Source: Botryllus schlosseri (taxonomy: Eukaryota). Taken from it: a stretch of DNA of 64,000 bases. The notes under the pieces were generated by a model. It was not told the origin of the DNA. It saw only the letters and a list, made by a program, of their open reading frames with translations, and did not search any database. The stretch covers positions 22,940,001 to 23,004,000 of the forward strand of contig CM119382.1 of the NCBI GenBank assembly GCA_051294905.1. The letters are read 5' to 3'. The translations under genes and the position numbers were made by a program. Shown in pieces: positions 1 to 11,169 of this stretch. Every line of letters begins with the position of its first letter. Positions within the stretch are counted from its first letter, which is position 1.

Positions 1-230
1 AGCTTTGAAATAATAAAAGTCTACCAATTTCTACATAAATAGTATGATGTTATTTTCAAGAAAAGTCATTATTTTGCTGTTTATCACAAGCCTACAGTTC
101 GTATTTGCACAAGACAGATATGAAGGTTGCACCATAATAGAGCTAAAATTGAACTAAAACTTGAGGGGGTCCGCGAGAGTCCGTGACGGTCAAAAGGGGT
201 CCGCGAAGCGAAAAAGGTTGAGAACCACTG
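1..230. mobile_element. Right end of a non-autonomous hAT (Charlie/Buster-type) element, truncated by the window edge
   Basis: Ends in the terminal inverted repeat (TIR) GTTGAGAACCACTG at 230. The body is visibly homologous to 42160-42351 and, reversed, to 55126-55230. Confidence 0.6.
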
Positions 231-1551
231 TCCTAAGACCTACCCCGCAGTTGGCATCCCCGACCGATATAACTATGCGTTAATCATGAATCTTATAAAA
301 GTAATAAATAGTGAAGAAGGTGTAAGTGTTTGCTTTGACAACCACAAGGATACCACACGCTGTTCTGAAAGATATGTAGATTTGCGCATTGCATAGATAA
401 GGAGTGAATGAAGCCTAAGCCTATGCAATAACCGACATCAATTACTCGGATTGTGTGGGTTCGTATAGCATTCCTGTTTCAACACCCACCGTACTATCCA
501 ATCGGCTAACGCGTACATTAGTACGGTGAAACATCTTTGCGAATGTTGTCTGAAAATGAACCAAAGGTGCTAGTGTTATCCTATGATTCAAGTGCAGTTT
601 CGCTTTTTTGTGCGTTCTAAATGCGAACCCATTCACATCTCGATGACGTAACATGCGGATTCAGTGGAAAAGTGATATTGTTGCCAGTGAATATTGTTCT
701 TGGTTTCGTCCTTTAAGCTTCGAAGGAGATCACTGCACGATACCCCCGGGATAAGTAACGGACACCTTGAGAACAACGGGAGTGCTTTATCTGTGATTTT
801 TCTACTGCAGTGATTGTAGTACTTGATTAATCAATAATATACGATACGTTGAATGTAAAATAATGAAGCTCTGTAACTCCAAGAAGCTCATCGAATACAA
901 TAGTGATAAGTTTCTTCATATTTTTTGTGTAATAAATTCCGGCTGGCAGGTGCGAATGAAATTTTCAAAAAATGCGAATGTAGCTCAAAAAGGTTGAAAA
1001 GCACTGTCCTATTCCATACATACGCATTAGGCCAGGGGGTCGCCACTCAAAACTCGTCGCAAGCCACTTTTCAAATTTCGTAGAGGCCGCGGGCCGCAAT
1101 AATGCAATATTGAGACAAAATGCCACACAGTCTAATTACCACGTTTTTCACACTTCACGCCACTACAACACTGTGCTATCTAACGTTAGCGACTATCGTA
1201 GATATACCAAAAGAAGCAATACTCTGTAAAAGTATTACAAATATTTATACAACAAGAAATGTCATGATAATCAATTTCATTCTATTTTGAAGTGTGAGTT
1301 GCGCACGATTCCTCGCAACGCTTTTCATCGTCTAAGCGCCAAGGAATCAATATTGGTGCTGGCGAGACACGTTACTATAGCTGAAATACTGTCTTCTTCT
1401 ACAGCTTGATCGTGTGGATAAGTCCTAAGCAGTTTTCTGAGCGTCTTGGTCTTGGCATTTCCAAATGTGTTACTTATCGTTTTTCCGAAATCTCAAATCA
1501 GAGCGCGTACCGCATGTTGGTGACTCGTGCAATGTCGGTATGCATATTCAG

Positions 1552-3240
1552 GTTATCCTTACCATGCGATCAAGCGAAGACGAATGGTACGACAGTTACA
1601 AATATCAAGTCGACGCGCTACACAGTTCGAATCGATTTCTTGCTTACCACGCGTTCACGCCTACCGGCCGAAAAGCACGGGAGGTTATAACGCAGTTGGG
1701 TAAGTGCTGATGAATTCGTTCCTCCACCATATTAGCTGATCCAGCTGGTCACATTCACCTGCCATTAGTGAGTTATAGATATCCCACACAAATATTTATT
1801 TCATACCTTTAACCTCTAAAATATATTCATTATATGAGAAGCTGGAACGTAGTTAGTCGCTAAATGTATCTTAAACATGATGCGAAATTAACCAAAGAAT
1901 ATTGGACACTTTTCAAATACCTTTTCTGTTTGTACGTCGCCTTAAAATGCTGTGAACATAACAAAATACACGACATGCTCACATAAACGCTATGACACTG
2001 AGGATTTGCCACTACTTTATGCCGTAAATGCTAAGCTTTTTGAGATGCAATTTACTACATTTTAACAACCGTCACAATTTGCTGACAGGTTATGTTGTTT
2101 ATTCATGCCCACCACAACCCTTTCCAAAGTTCCTACAAAATCCAAATGTGCAAATTCAGAAGCGTCGTTACAGAGAGCATAATGACGGAGTGTTAAAGGT
2201 ATGTGATCATTTCAACTATGTGGTTAGACCTACGCCGATAGAATTAGGCGCCGGTACGCAATCTTTCGTATGCGGAGTGCCAACTGTAAAATAACAGCAG
2301 TCCGATCACAAAATATTCTCGTATATGTTTCGCATTGATTCGAATCCATATGTTGGGTTGTGTCCCGGGGCACGAAGACTTCGATTCGCTTCAGTTATTC
2401 CACATCTTACGCTTGCCATGATCTACATTGACTAATTTATAGTTCCCTATATGGGTAAAAATATCGTATGAAGTACTCAGAGGTGATAAAAGTAGTAATT
2501 CAAGTTACACAAGAAGTAAGGTCGTAAACTTCTACTCGAATATAACATAAATTGCTATTTATTTAAAAAATAATTGACAAGTTTTCCATGCATTCTAGTG
2601 ACTCGAATAAGTCTAGTGCCACATCATGCGAGACTTCTTGATTTTTGTGTAAGCTGGAAAGGGCAGTTTCTTCCATTCCGCTTTAATGTTTCCTCGAGAT
2701 TACTTTTAAAAAGTTATTTTGAATTTTCAAACTTTATGCCATTTTACGGAGCAAATTTACAACTTGCGTGATAAATCATTTAGCGTGCCATAATGAACTG
2801 AAAAATTTTATCTTGCGTGGCTGCGATAAAAAAATTGTCTGGTATTACTTCCTATCCATTTATTAGTAAAACAAAATCCATGTGAAGCAAATGGTGTTGT
2901 TATAAACATACATATTTCTCGAAATTCCCACGTCGCCCGATATGATCATCAGTGAGTTCCCCGAGTACAGCCGCCATAACTTCCGTGTTTTCATTGATCC
3001 CCTAAAGACCAGACACTGGTGTTCAACCTATCTGACGGATGGAAGCCAATCTGCGAATTTTTAGCGAAGGATATTCCAGACACTCCATTTCCTCACGAGA
3101 ACCAAAAAGGAGCTTTGTCCAAAACATTATCCGATCTACCACTATTCATCCAAATAGAAAAGGAATTTCGTCTTTTGACTGCATTGCTAGTGATATTGGC
3201 AGCGGGTATAGCCGCATTTCCGATGCTACACTTACTATGA
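1552..3240 (+). CDS. 3' exons of a sulfotransferase-like P-loop protein (Sulfotransfer_4-like) with a C-terminal transmembrane tail
   Basis: Exons 1552-1699 (VILTMRSSEDEWYDSY...), 2089-2198 (...QKRRYREHNDGVLK) and ~3013-3240 (TLVFNLSDGWKPICEFLAKDIPDTPFPHEN...LLTALLVILAAGIAAF). GT-AG sites join in phase (1, then 0). The 5' exons were not found in the window. AATAAA at 3379-3384. Confidence 0.8.
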
Positions 3241-3425
3241 TTCAAGGCCAAGACATGATAGCAGTCGTTATGTGAAATTAAAACATTTCATACTGTTATG
3301 CGAGTAATAATAGCCATAATTAGATCATCACAATACCATATTCTGACAAAATTGTTTGTGAATAACTTTGTGGAGCTGAATAAATCTGACACATGGAATG
3401 ATTTTTGTTTATGGTCTATTATGTT

Positions 3426-3734
3426 TGTCGTCTCCAAGTAGAGACTTATGAAGAATGTGATTGGAGTAGGCTGACTCTGGATCTCCTCTCTCAACTGGTA
3501 CGAAACAAGAACTCCAAATGGACGAATATCTTATTAAAATACCGTTGAAAAATTGCTGGTAATATCCTGGTAAGACCAAATACTCCAGTAAATAAAACAA
3601 TAAATGAACAGATCAACAACAGCAAAACAAAGCTGGCTACTCTCACCACGTCGCTCACGTAAATGAACACACGTGCGCTCCGAAGCAGTATAAGTGGCGA
3701 GTGAGCCATAAAGAAAATAATATCCACCGTGACA
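3426..3734 (-). repeat. 3' LTR (309 bp)
   Basis: Direct repeat of 6535-6842 with TG...CA ends. Confidence 0.92.
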
Positions 3735-3949
3735 TAGCCGGCCCTGTGACGAACTGTGAACTGCCAAAGCAAATACATAGAGTCACAATAACTGATGAGC
3801 GGTGGTAATGACAGTTAACAAAATGTAAAACTACACAGGGTGCTTGTACGAATATGAACTTACGAATATTATGTTCGTAGGTTCTACTTACAGTACAAAC
3901 CTCACTCTCCTGACCAAGACATTACAGTCAGGTAGCATGATTAGGATAC

Positions 3950-4538
3950 AATAAAGGGTTGCCTTATCGACATAAGTACGTCGCAGGCAATTATTTTGCG
4001 AACACAAAATTGTGCAATATCAGGAGTACAAGTGTCTCCAAAGATGTGAGAAGTCATCTGAAGTCAGATCTGCTGCCCATGGACGGACATCTAAGTAGTC
4101 GAAAATCGACATAACGCTCCAATGACCGATGAATTAGATATGAATTGACAATTAAGATTAGGAAAATTGGCATTAAATGCAGAAAATTAAAGTCTCATGA
4201 AACTTTCAGCAATAACAGAAGTCTTGTGATTGCAATTAAGGAAATTAACCTCAGTGGAATACACCTAATTTGTTCGAAGGGTTTTGTCACAACCCATAGA
4301 AGAGTGGCCAAGTTATCATGAAGTAACTGCTGACTTCGTAATCCAGGTAACGCATAAGAACTTGTTACCAATAATACAGTAAAAATCATTTACATCAATA
4401 ATTGGGTGGACATTGGACGCGTCCTTCAGGTATCATTGTGCATGTGCATTGTGCAACAATGTCTGCGCTTGGGGGTAGATTTTCAATAACAGGAAAGTGA
4501 CAAATAGCTAATACATCATTCAAGTTGATGCCTGTGCT
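3950..4538 (-). pseudogene. Decayed BEL/Pao pol remnant (post-protease region and RT fragment)
   Basis: Minus-strand LQMTSHIFGDTCTPDIAQFCVRK at ~3975-4065 resembles BEL RT 'MTVHLFGAASSPSCANFALRK'. A frameshifted TYVDK follows (YVDD remnant). Stops and frameshifts are present. No RNase H or integrase was seen. Confidence 0.7.
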
Positions 4539-6497
4539 TTACCCGATTCCTTCAACGGATATGGGCACAAATTTAGGCTGGCGGGGAAGGATGGCAGCGG
4601 TATTAATTAAACAAGTCAGCGTTTCACCACTGATAACCAATTGGTTTAGGAAAAAGAAAGTACACAGGCAGTTGGTAGCCCCAGAAATAAGGAATGCACA
4701 TGTAATAAAACCGGTAGAAGCTACCAGGCAGGTGATCATCACCAAAGGTGTGGACAGATGTACAGGACAACTTATCTCGGCAATTGCAGGAGATAGAGCT
4801 GTAACTGTGTTGTTGCTGGCAACAACAATCGATTTAGGATATAACGAACATTTATATGCGTCATGTAATAAAGTGCTTTGAGCACAGCCACATCCATGAA
4901 TTTTGCAATGACATGTGGATGGGTAATAATTGTGATCATGATCACAGAATGAACGATTACGGCGTACCAGACTCTCTTCTACAAGTCCATGACGTTGCCG
5001 AACTTGCATCTTTTGGATTTCTTCAAAGTTGAAGAGAAGATGAAGATCTTGACAGAGGATACATGGCGAACGTAGCTCCTTTTCAGAGGTACATCGACGC
5101 ATCGAGCCGGAATCCATAGATGTAGAATTTACCTCTATTGCAGTTTTGCGCGGATTCTTCGAGTACATCTTGTGAGGTATCTTTGGATCGATGTCTTCGG
5201 GTTCAAGTGAAAAATCAAATTCATTGTTGACCGGACCAAATGGTGACCGAGTCAATGCTATTTCCTTCTCGACAAATTCAACGAAATCGTTGGAATTTGG
5301 ATCAACATTGGCTTCATCCTGTTGACTTACAGGAGATGAAGATGGAATAACAGGATGTTGAGCAGACTGCAGCAGCTCACAATTGTGAGTATTATCTGTT
5401 GCGGGGTGCGTAGAACTATCAATGAACATTTCACAAGTGTGAAAGCCTTGATTGAAGTTGGTCGCATCAGCCGCCGCACTACGGGTGGCTGAGTATTGAC
5501 AATTAGAGGATATTTTAGGTTGCCCAGCCGGCCCATTATAGGCTTCTGAGTAACGGCAACTGAATATCAAATCTGGTTGCACAGCCGGCCCATTACAGGG
5601 GACTGAGAATAGGTAGTCGGATGAAATAACTGGTTTCACAGCCGGCCCATTACAGGGGACTGAGAATAGGTAGTCGGATGAAATAACTGGTTTCACGGCC
5701 GACCCATTACGTCGGGCTGAGAACTGGTAATTGGATATCTTCTCTGACAACAAACATCCTACAACAGGTGGAGTAGGGCAAGTCGCGAAAGTTTGACATT
5801 GAGTGGTAATGGCCCGAGTATCGAGAAAGTCTTCTGTGATAGGTTTATCATTAATAGCATTGCCAACTGGCAGTCCTTTGTTGTGGGTGTCATTACTATC
5901 CAAGCCGCAGCAACCTTTATGACTGGTTACAGAAGCTAATGATCCAAATTGTGACGAAACAATTGCTTTATACCGTTCAAGTTTCGACTGAGCATTGAAA
6001 AGTTCCCATTCCAACCTTTTCAAATTGTCTTCTGCATGCATCCACAATGTCCGTAAGTCGTCAAGTGGCGTACTTACCCTTTCAGCAGTAATAAGTTTAC
6101 GGAATGTGCCATCAGCAATATTCTTTGTATATAGACAAAGGTCATGAAATGACGAAATTCTTTCCAATATTGATTCGGCATAGACGCTGCCCTCGGTTAT
6201 CTTTTCCTTGATACCGGTAGTAAGATTGTTCAACTGGGTATTGACTCGATGGAATACCTCGTCAAGACTGTCTTTTGCAGCCAGAACAGTTCGAGGAGTA
6301 GCTCCACTCAAACATTTAGTAAAGTAGGCATCGGCAGCATGGAAGTCTCTTGCTAGACCGGCCAAAATATTGTCAGTGACTTGCATATCGAAGCCTTTGA
6401 CTGTAATCTCCTTATAGGCATTAGGGTCTCTTCTTGGACCAAAAGTAATATCATTGACTTGCGCATCGAAGTCTTTGACTGTAGATGGAGGATCCAT
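4539..6497 (-). CDS. Gag-derived ORF (~652 aa from the ATG at 6497) of the BEL/Pao element, ending in a degenerate aspartic protease region
   Basis: Uninterrupted ORF. Contains BEL-type knuckle remnants (PCILCQDLHLLFNF...CKIHGCGCAQSTLLHD) and CAFLISGATNCLCT, which resembles the FLDSG protease motif with the Asp lost. Confidence 0.75.
   Translation of the reverse strand: MDPPSTVKDFDAQVNDITFGPRRDPNAYKEITVKGFDMQVTDNILAGLARDFHAADAYFTKCLSGATPRTVLAAKDSLDEVFHRVNTQLNNLTTGIKEKITEGSVYAESILERISSFHDLCLYTKNIADGTFRKLITAERVSTPLDDLRTLWMHAEDNLKRLEWELFNAQSKLERYKAIVSSQFGSLASVTSHKGCCGLDSNDTHNKGLPVGNAINDKPITEDFLDTRAITTQCQTFATCPTPPVVGCLLSEKISNYQFSARRNGSAVKPVISSDYLFSVPCNGPAVKPVISSDYLFSVPCNGPAVQPDLIFSCRYSEAYNGPAGQPKISSNCQYSATRSAAADATNFNQGFHTCEMFIDSSTHPATDNTHNCELLQSAQHPVIPSSSPVSQQDEANVDPNSNDFVEFVEKEIALTRSPFGPVNNEFDFSLEPEDIDPKIPHKMYSKNPRKTAIEVNSTSMDSGSMRRCTSEKELRSPCILCQDLHLLFNFEEIQKMQVRQRHGLVEESLVRRNRSFCDHDHNYYPSTCHCKIHGCGCAQSTLLHDAYKCSLYPKSIVVASNNTVTALSPAIAEISCPVHLSTPLVMITCLVASTGFITCAFLISGATNCLCTFFFLNQLVISGETLTCLINTAAILPRQPKFVPISVEGIG
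5467..5750 (-). repeat. 57-bp (19-aa) in-frame tandem repeat inside the gag-derived ORF
   Basis: Two identical units at 5581-5637 and 5638-5694 (NGPAVKPVISSDYLFSVPC), with degenerate units on both sides. Confidence 0.85.
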
Positions 6498-6534
6498 AAC
6501 GAAGTTGATGGAATACACTCAATTTTTCAACCTT

Positions 6535-6842
6535 TGTCGTCTCCAAGTAGAGACTTATGAAGAATGTGATTGGAGTAGGCTGACTCTGGATCTCCTCCCC
6601 AACTGGTACGAAACAAGAACTCCAAATGGACGAATATCTTATTAAAATACCGTTGAAAAATTGCTGGTAATATCCTGGTAAGACCAAATACTCCAGTAAA
6701 TAAAACAATAAATGAACAGATCAACAACAGCAAAACAAAGCTGGCTACTCTCACCACGTCGCTCACGTAAATGAACACACGTGCGCTCCGAAGCAGTATA
6801 AGTGGCGAGTGAGCCATAAAGAAAATAATATCCACCGTGACA
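6535..6842 (-). repeat. 5' LTR (308 bp)
   Basis: Direct repeat of 3426-3734. No TGG-type tRNA primer-binding site follows it. Confidence 0.92.
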
Positions 6843-7071
6843 ATGTTATTTTATTTTTCATAATACCGCGACGTCGTAACTGTATTGACGCATATAAACA
6901 GGATTTTCTCACGTTGAGTCGAGTAACTTTGCAAAACTTCATCATTTGATCGGCAATATTGTGTGTCTCTATGGGAATTACAATTTAAAGTATAGCGCTA
7001 ATATGGTTTGTTCGGCGAAAAAAAGCCTCGAACCCGGGATTAGAGCTAACGTTACATAGACTAGTAGTTAT

Positions 7072-9128
7072 CAGGGCTGTGGAGTCGGTAAATTTTACCA
7101 CCGGCTCCGGCTCCGACTCCGACTCCACACATTTTCAATATACCGACTCCGACTCCTGAGTCTTTAAATGTACTGACTCCGACTCCGACTCCGACTCCGA
7201 CTCCTGGGTCTTTAAACGTACCGACTCCGACTCCGACTCCCGACTCCGACTCCAGCATTATTACCAATTTACTTCGAAAATTATATGCCACATTGTCGGT
7301 TGAATGACTATCATACAACCATTAAACATATGCAATCATATGATTAACTGTGGCATGCTAAATTGTTTCATTGTGGCACAGCTCGAATTATCCACTATGC
7401 AATTAACATGAAATAAAGATTTGCTAAATATCCTTCCTTATTCAAGTTTTTATAACATGGACTCTCTAGTATCCTGAAATGTATGAATCATTCAAATATG
7501 GCAGATATCCAATCCTGTATAATAAAAATGTAGATAAGAAATCCAAGTGTAGCTCTTGTGTATGACTCAGCAACTAATAAAGAAACTGAACTTACTAATT
7601 TTGTAATTGCACACTATCCTGATTAAAACACTCTTACTACTAATAATTGACATTGGTCATAAATGGAATTTAGTTAAGTAGTCAAAGACCATAGCCTATG
7701 TCTAGTCTACATGTACTTAATCAAGTATTCAAGGATTGGGACTTGCAGTCTTTCTTAATCATTTGTTCGACCCAAACAGCTAAGCTACACTACAAATATT
7801 TTTAATTTTGTCAAGTGGGAAGCACCGTTTGGTCATATTTACATCATTTTTACAATTTTACCAAACCAGCCGATGCATTTTCTTTGTCACACAGTATCAT
7901 GGTATAATTCCAAAAATTGCATCAATTTTGACTGCATCGCGAAAACGCATCTTGCGATTTCCTTCCCCTCTGCAACTGAGTTATAATTTGCAAGTAATGT
8001 CTAATTTAATCTATATCAGGGATGGGCAACTTTTTCAGCAAAAGAGACACCTGTGATTTACGAACCATTGCGCGGGCAACTGGAATTTTGATAACCTTTT
8101 TTTAGTCGTTGATAGGAGCGAACCGAATTAGGTAACATTGCAAAGAGGACTTATATTAATACGCTCTAAAATTGATACCAATATGTCATGCAACTGTGCA
8201 TTGCGCAATCACGCCCTGGTCGCGCGAGGCGCAAAATTTTTTTGCAAGATAACGACTGAATTCGGCTATAGCTATATCAATAAATATGTCGCTTACATAC
8301 ATTGGGGGTCGCATCTGTATACCACTGGGCTCATTTGGCGAGGACAGGATTATTCGACGTTTAGACATAGCAAAATCGACGGTATCAGTGAACATGTCTC
8401 TATCATTTTGTGCAAATGTTTTGTCGACGATCTCGCTGCGAGTGCACAAGCGAAGCCGTATCTCCTAATTGCGAATATAGTTAGACTCAATTCTGTGAAC
8501 AATATGTATTTATAATTTTCAAAAGGGGCTCCAATACTAAATGCAAGAAATCTAGTGACAATGAATCATGCGAAGTACCGAGAAAAATTTCAAGTCAATA
8601 AATCTGCTATGAAATATTCTACTTCATGGTCATATACGAAGATCTGGGATGAATGGGGCTGACCCCTGGATATACGCCAATGCGTCAGAACTGTTGTTTT
8701 AGTCGTCATCATCAAATTTCGCGGTCATGCTAATCAAATTTTGGTTGGCCTTGCAATTGTACCTGATGTCATGAATAATTTCGAGAATTACCTCGCAGGC
8801 CACACCTAACCTTCTCGTGTGCCAAATTTGGCCTGCGTGCCACGGGCTGGCCGCACCTGGTCTGTATGGTTAATATTAACAGTGATTGGTGGTACATTAA
8901 AATTCTATTGAAAATTCTTTGAAAGCAAATGTTTTCATGATAGCGAAGTTGGAGTCGGAGTCGAAGTCATAGTCATTCTCACAAACTCCGACTCCGACTC
9001 CAGTCAGTATTTTTTCACCGACTCCGACTCCGACTTCAGCTATTATAGTTTTCACGACTCCGACTCCGACTCCATCAAGCGAAAATTACCCCGACTCCAC
9101 CGACTCCGACTCCGACTCCACAGCCCTG
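7072..9128. mobile_element. Non-autonomous hAT-type DNA transposon with (CCGACT)n subterminal arrays
   Basis: Perfect 17-bp TIR CAGGGCTGTGGAGTCGG. Perfect 8-bp TSD GTAGTTAT at 7064-7071 and 9129-9136. CCGACT arrays at 7100-7250 and 8950-9120. Confidence 0.9.
8017..8859. mobile_element. Older hAT MITE nested inside the CCGACT element
   Basis: CAGGGATGGGCAAC start and GCCGCACCTG end. Flanks ATCTATAT and GTCTGTAT match at 6 of 8 positions. Confidence 0.45.
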
Positions 9129-9145
9129 GTAGTTATATCCACGGC

Positions 9146-9270
9146 AGTGAGAATTGACTCGAGAGAATTGACAATACAGAGAATTGACACCGCCAAAAAT
9201 GGACATTACCGAGAATGGACACCACCGAGAATGGACATTACCGAAAATAGACAATACCGGGAACATTACT
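9146..9270. repeat. Short tandem array of ~18-bp ACCGAGAATGGACA(T/C) units
   Basis: About six imperfect units read directly from the sequence. Confidence 0.6.
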
Positions 9271-9303
9271 GGCAGGATATTAACGATAATATGTAGGCTA
9301 GTA

Positions 9304-10134
9304 TAGGGTTACCATATTTTAGTGGGACAAATTCCGGACGCTCTTTAGCTCTCACTAGCGGATTTTAAAATGAGGTATGATCACATTGTCGATCAATATG
9401 ATGTCACACAAGCAAAGCTTTTTCTATCGACTCGAAGTGGTCACGATCCGGTTCAGGAGTATGTGGTTTTGTGTTATAAGTTGTAACTGGCGCGGAAGCA
9501 GCATTTTTTCAGCCCCCTTCCGCTCAAATAAACACTGATCTTGGGCCCACCGTACGGTCATCGATGCAACTTCCACGGCCTACTATATATGCATCTGGTC
9601 CGTGGCCCGGCTCAAAATTTGATGAGATGATTACTAATTTGAGGTCGGCACATTGCCCTACTCACGGCCTATTTTTGAAGCTGATTACGTTCAAACATAT
9701 TCGCGAACTCCAGAATATAGGCAAAATGCCTCCCGGTTTAGAACGATGCACTATCTTTGAATAAAGCATCCAAACGGTGTAAACCGACTCTATGAATATA
9801 GCGTTATCTTGTAATTGCGATCACAATTAGACTTATTTTTGTAAATGAATGTTATTTTTATTTATTCTTGATCGCATCTTTTGAGAGGGTAGTAGTCCCC
9901 ATATTAAAACCAATATATACTAAATCGCGTGCAGCGCAAAGAAAAATTTCATGCAGCATAAATCTGCCCTAAAATAATATTGTTTATGTAGATTTACGAA
10001 AATAAAATTAGCTTATTACTTCAAGTCTTCAAAATTCCGGACATTTAGGCATATTCTAAAAATTCCTCCTGGGCGCAGCTTTAACAGTGAAATTCCGGAC
10101 ATGTCTGGGAAATTCCGGACGTGTGGTAACCCTA
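9304..10134. mobile_element. Non-autonomous hAT element (Blackjack/Tip100-like TIR)
   Basis: TIR TAGGGTTACCA...TGGTAACCCTA. TSD GGCTAGTA and GGCCAGTA (7 of 8). Subterminal AAATTCCGGAC motifs at both ends. Confidence 0.8.
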
Positions 10135-11169
10135 GGCCAGTATAACTTTAACCGTATACTGAAAATGGGTAACTGCATCATTTGAAAATGCACGCCATGT
10201 TTCCCCTAAATATTTGTATATCCCTTGGCGAGCTTTATTAGTAAAGTCAAGATGAATTTTCAAAATACGAGGCCGCTGTCGCCTCTGTATAACAATGGGA
10301 TCATTTGGCAAGGACCTGATAATTTGGCGTTTTAGACGTAGCAATATCGACGGTTTCGCTGAACATAGCTCTTTATTTTGTGCAAATGTTTCATCGCCGA
10401 CGATCTCTCATCGAGCGCACAAGCGAATCATTGTGCCCAGCCCTAGTCACGAGTCAATCCGCATTTTTTGAAACGTCGAGAAGAGTCAAGTCCTTTTTTC
10501 AAAGTAACTCAAGTCAAGTCATATGGAAAAGTTGACTCGAGTCATCCCTACACTGCTCATAACCCCATTCGTGCTCGATGTAAAAGGCGATTAACTATAA
10601 CTTTATACGCGCATTCTCGATTGTAATCATCTGCTACCAGTATTTATACTTGTCTATACTTAATAGCTTACACTCGTATTCCCGAATTACCGCGTGTGCC
10701 TTAGAATATGCCTTGACAAGTGTAATGTATACTATAACTATAAACGTTTACTGAAAATGAGTAAGCCGCATCAAACAAAAAATAGGCTGTGATTCGCCTG
10801 AAAATTTGTTCATACCTTTGCCAGCTCTGAGAGAATTGATGCCTTCTCGCTGCCAACTAGACTAGACTATACTTTACTCTTGAGATACCAATCACCGCAA
10901 GTCGATGGGCTATTGAAGATATTCATGCCAGTGAAACGTACGAATTCGTTGTCGTGCTATAGTTTGCCTTCTCGCTTACAAACAAAATATACTTTTTTGA
11001 GATACGAATCATAGCTGGTTATTACAGATGTCCGCGCTAGTTATTTCGTAGTTGGTACGATCATTACACGAATCTGAAGCTGATAATTTTTGAAATTTTC
11101 GTGATAAAATTCGGCACCGAGCTTTTGTCTTGAAAAAATTCCTCTGATGTCATTAAATTTGTCTAGCAT

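Larger units (their letters stand above)
3426..6842 (-). mobile_element. BEL/Pao LTR retrotransposon, internally deleted and non-autonomous, recent insertion
   Basis: LTRs at 3426-3734 and 6535-6842 have TGTCA...CGACA termini on the minus strand and differ by about one indel and one substitution. Perfect 5-bp TSD ATGTT at 3421-3425 and 6843-6847. A polypurine-tract-like AGGGCCGGCTA precedes the 3' LTR. BEL-type gag, protease and RT motifs lie inside. Confidence 0.92.

Noticed and set aside
3409-3778. Duplicated hydrophobic ORFs (3409-3600, 3491-3778, 6451-6708, 6527-6835) suggesting an env or membrane gene
   Set aside because: They are chance frames within the two LTRs.
7061-7318. ORFs with GVGVGV runs (also 9075-9266)
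   Set aside because: They are translations of the (CCGACT)n subterminal arrays of a TIR/TSD-bounded transposon, not proteins.
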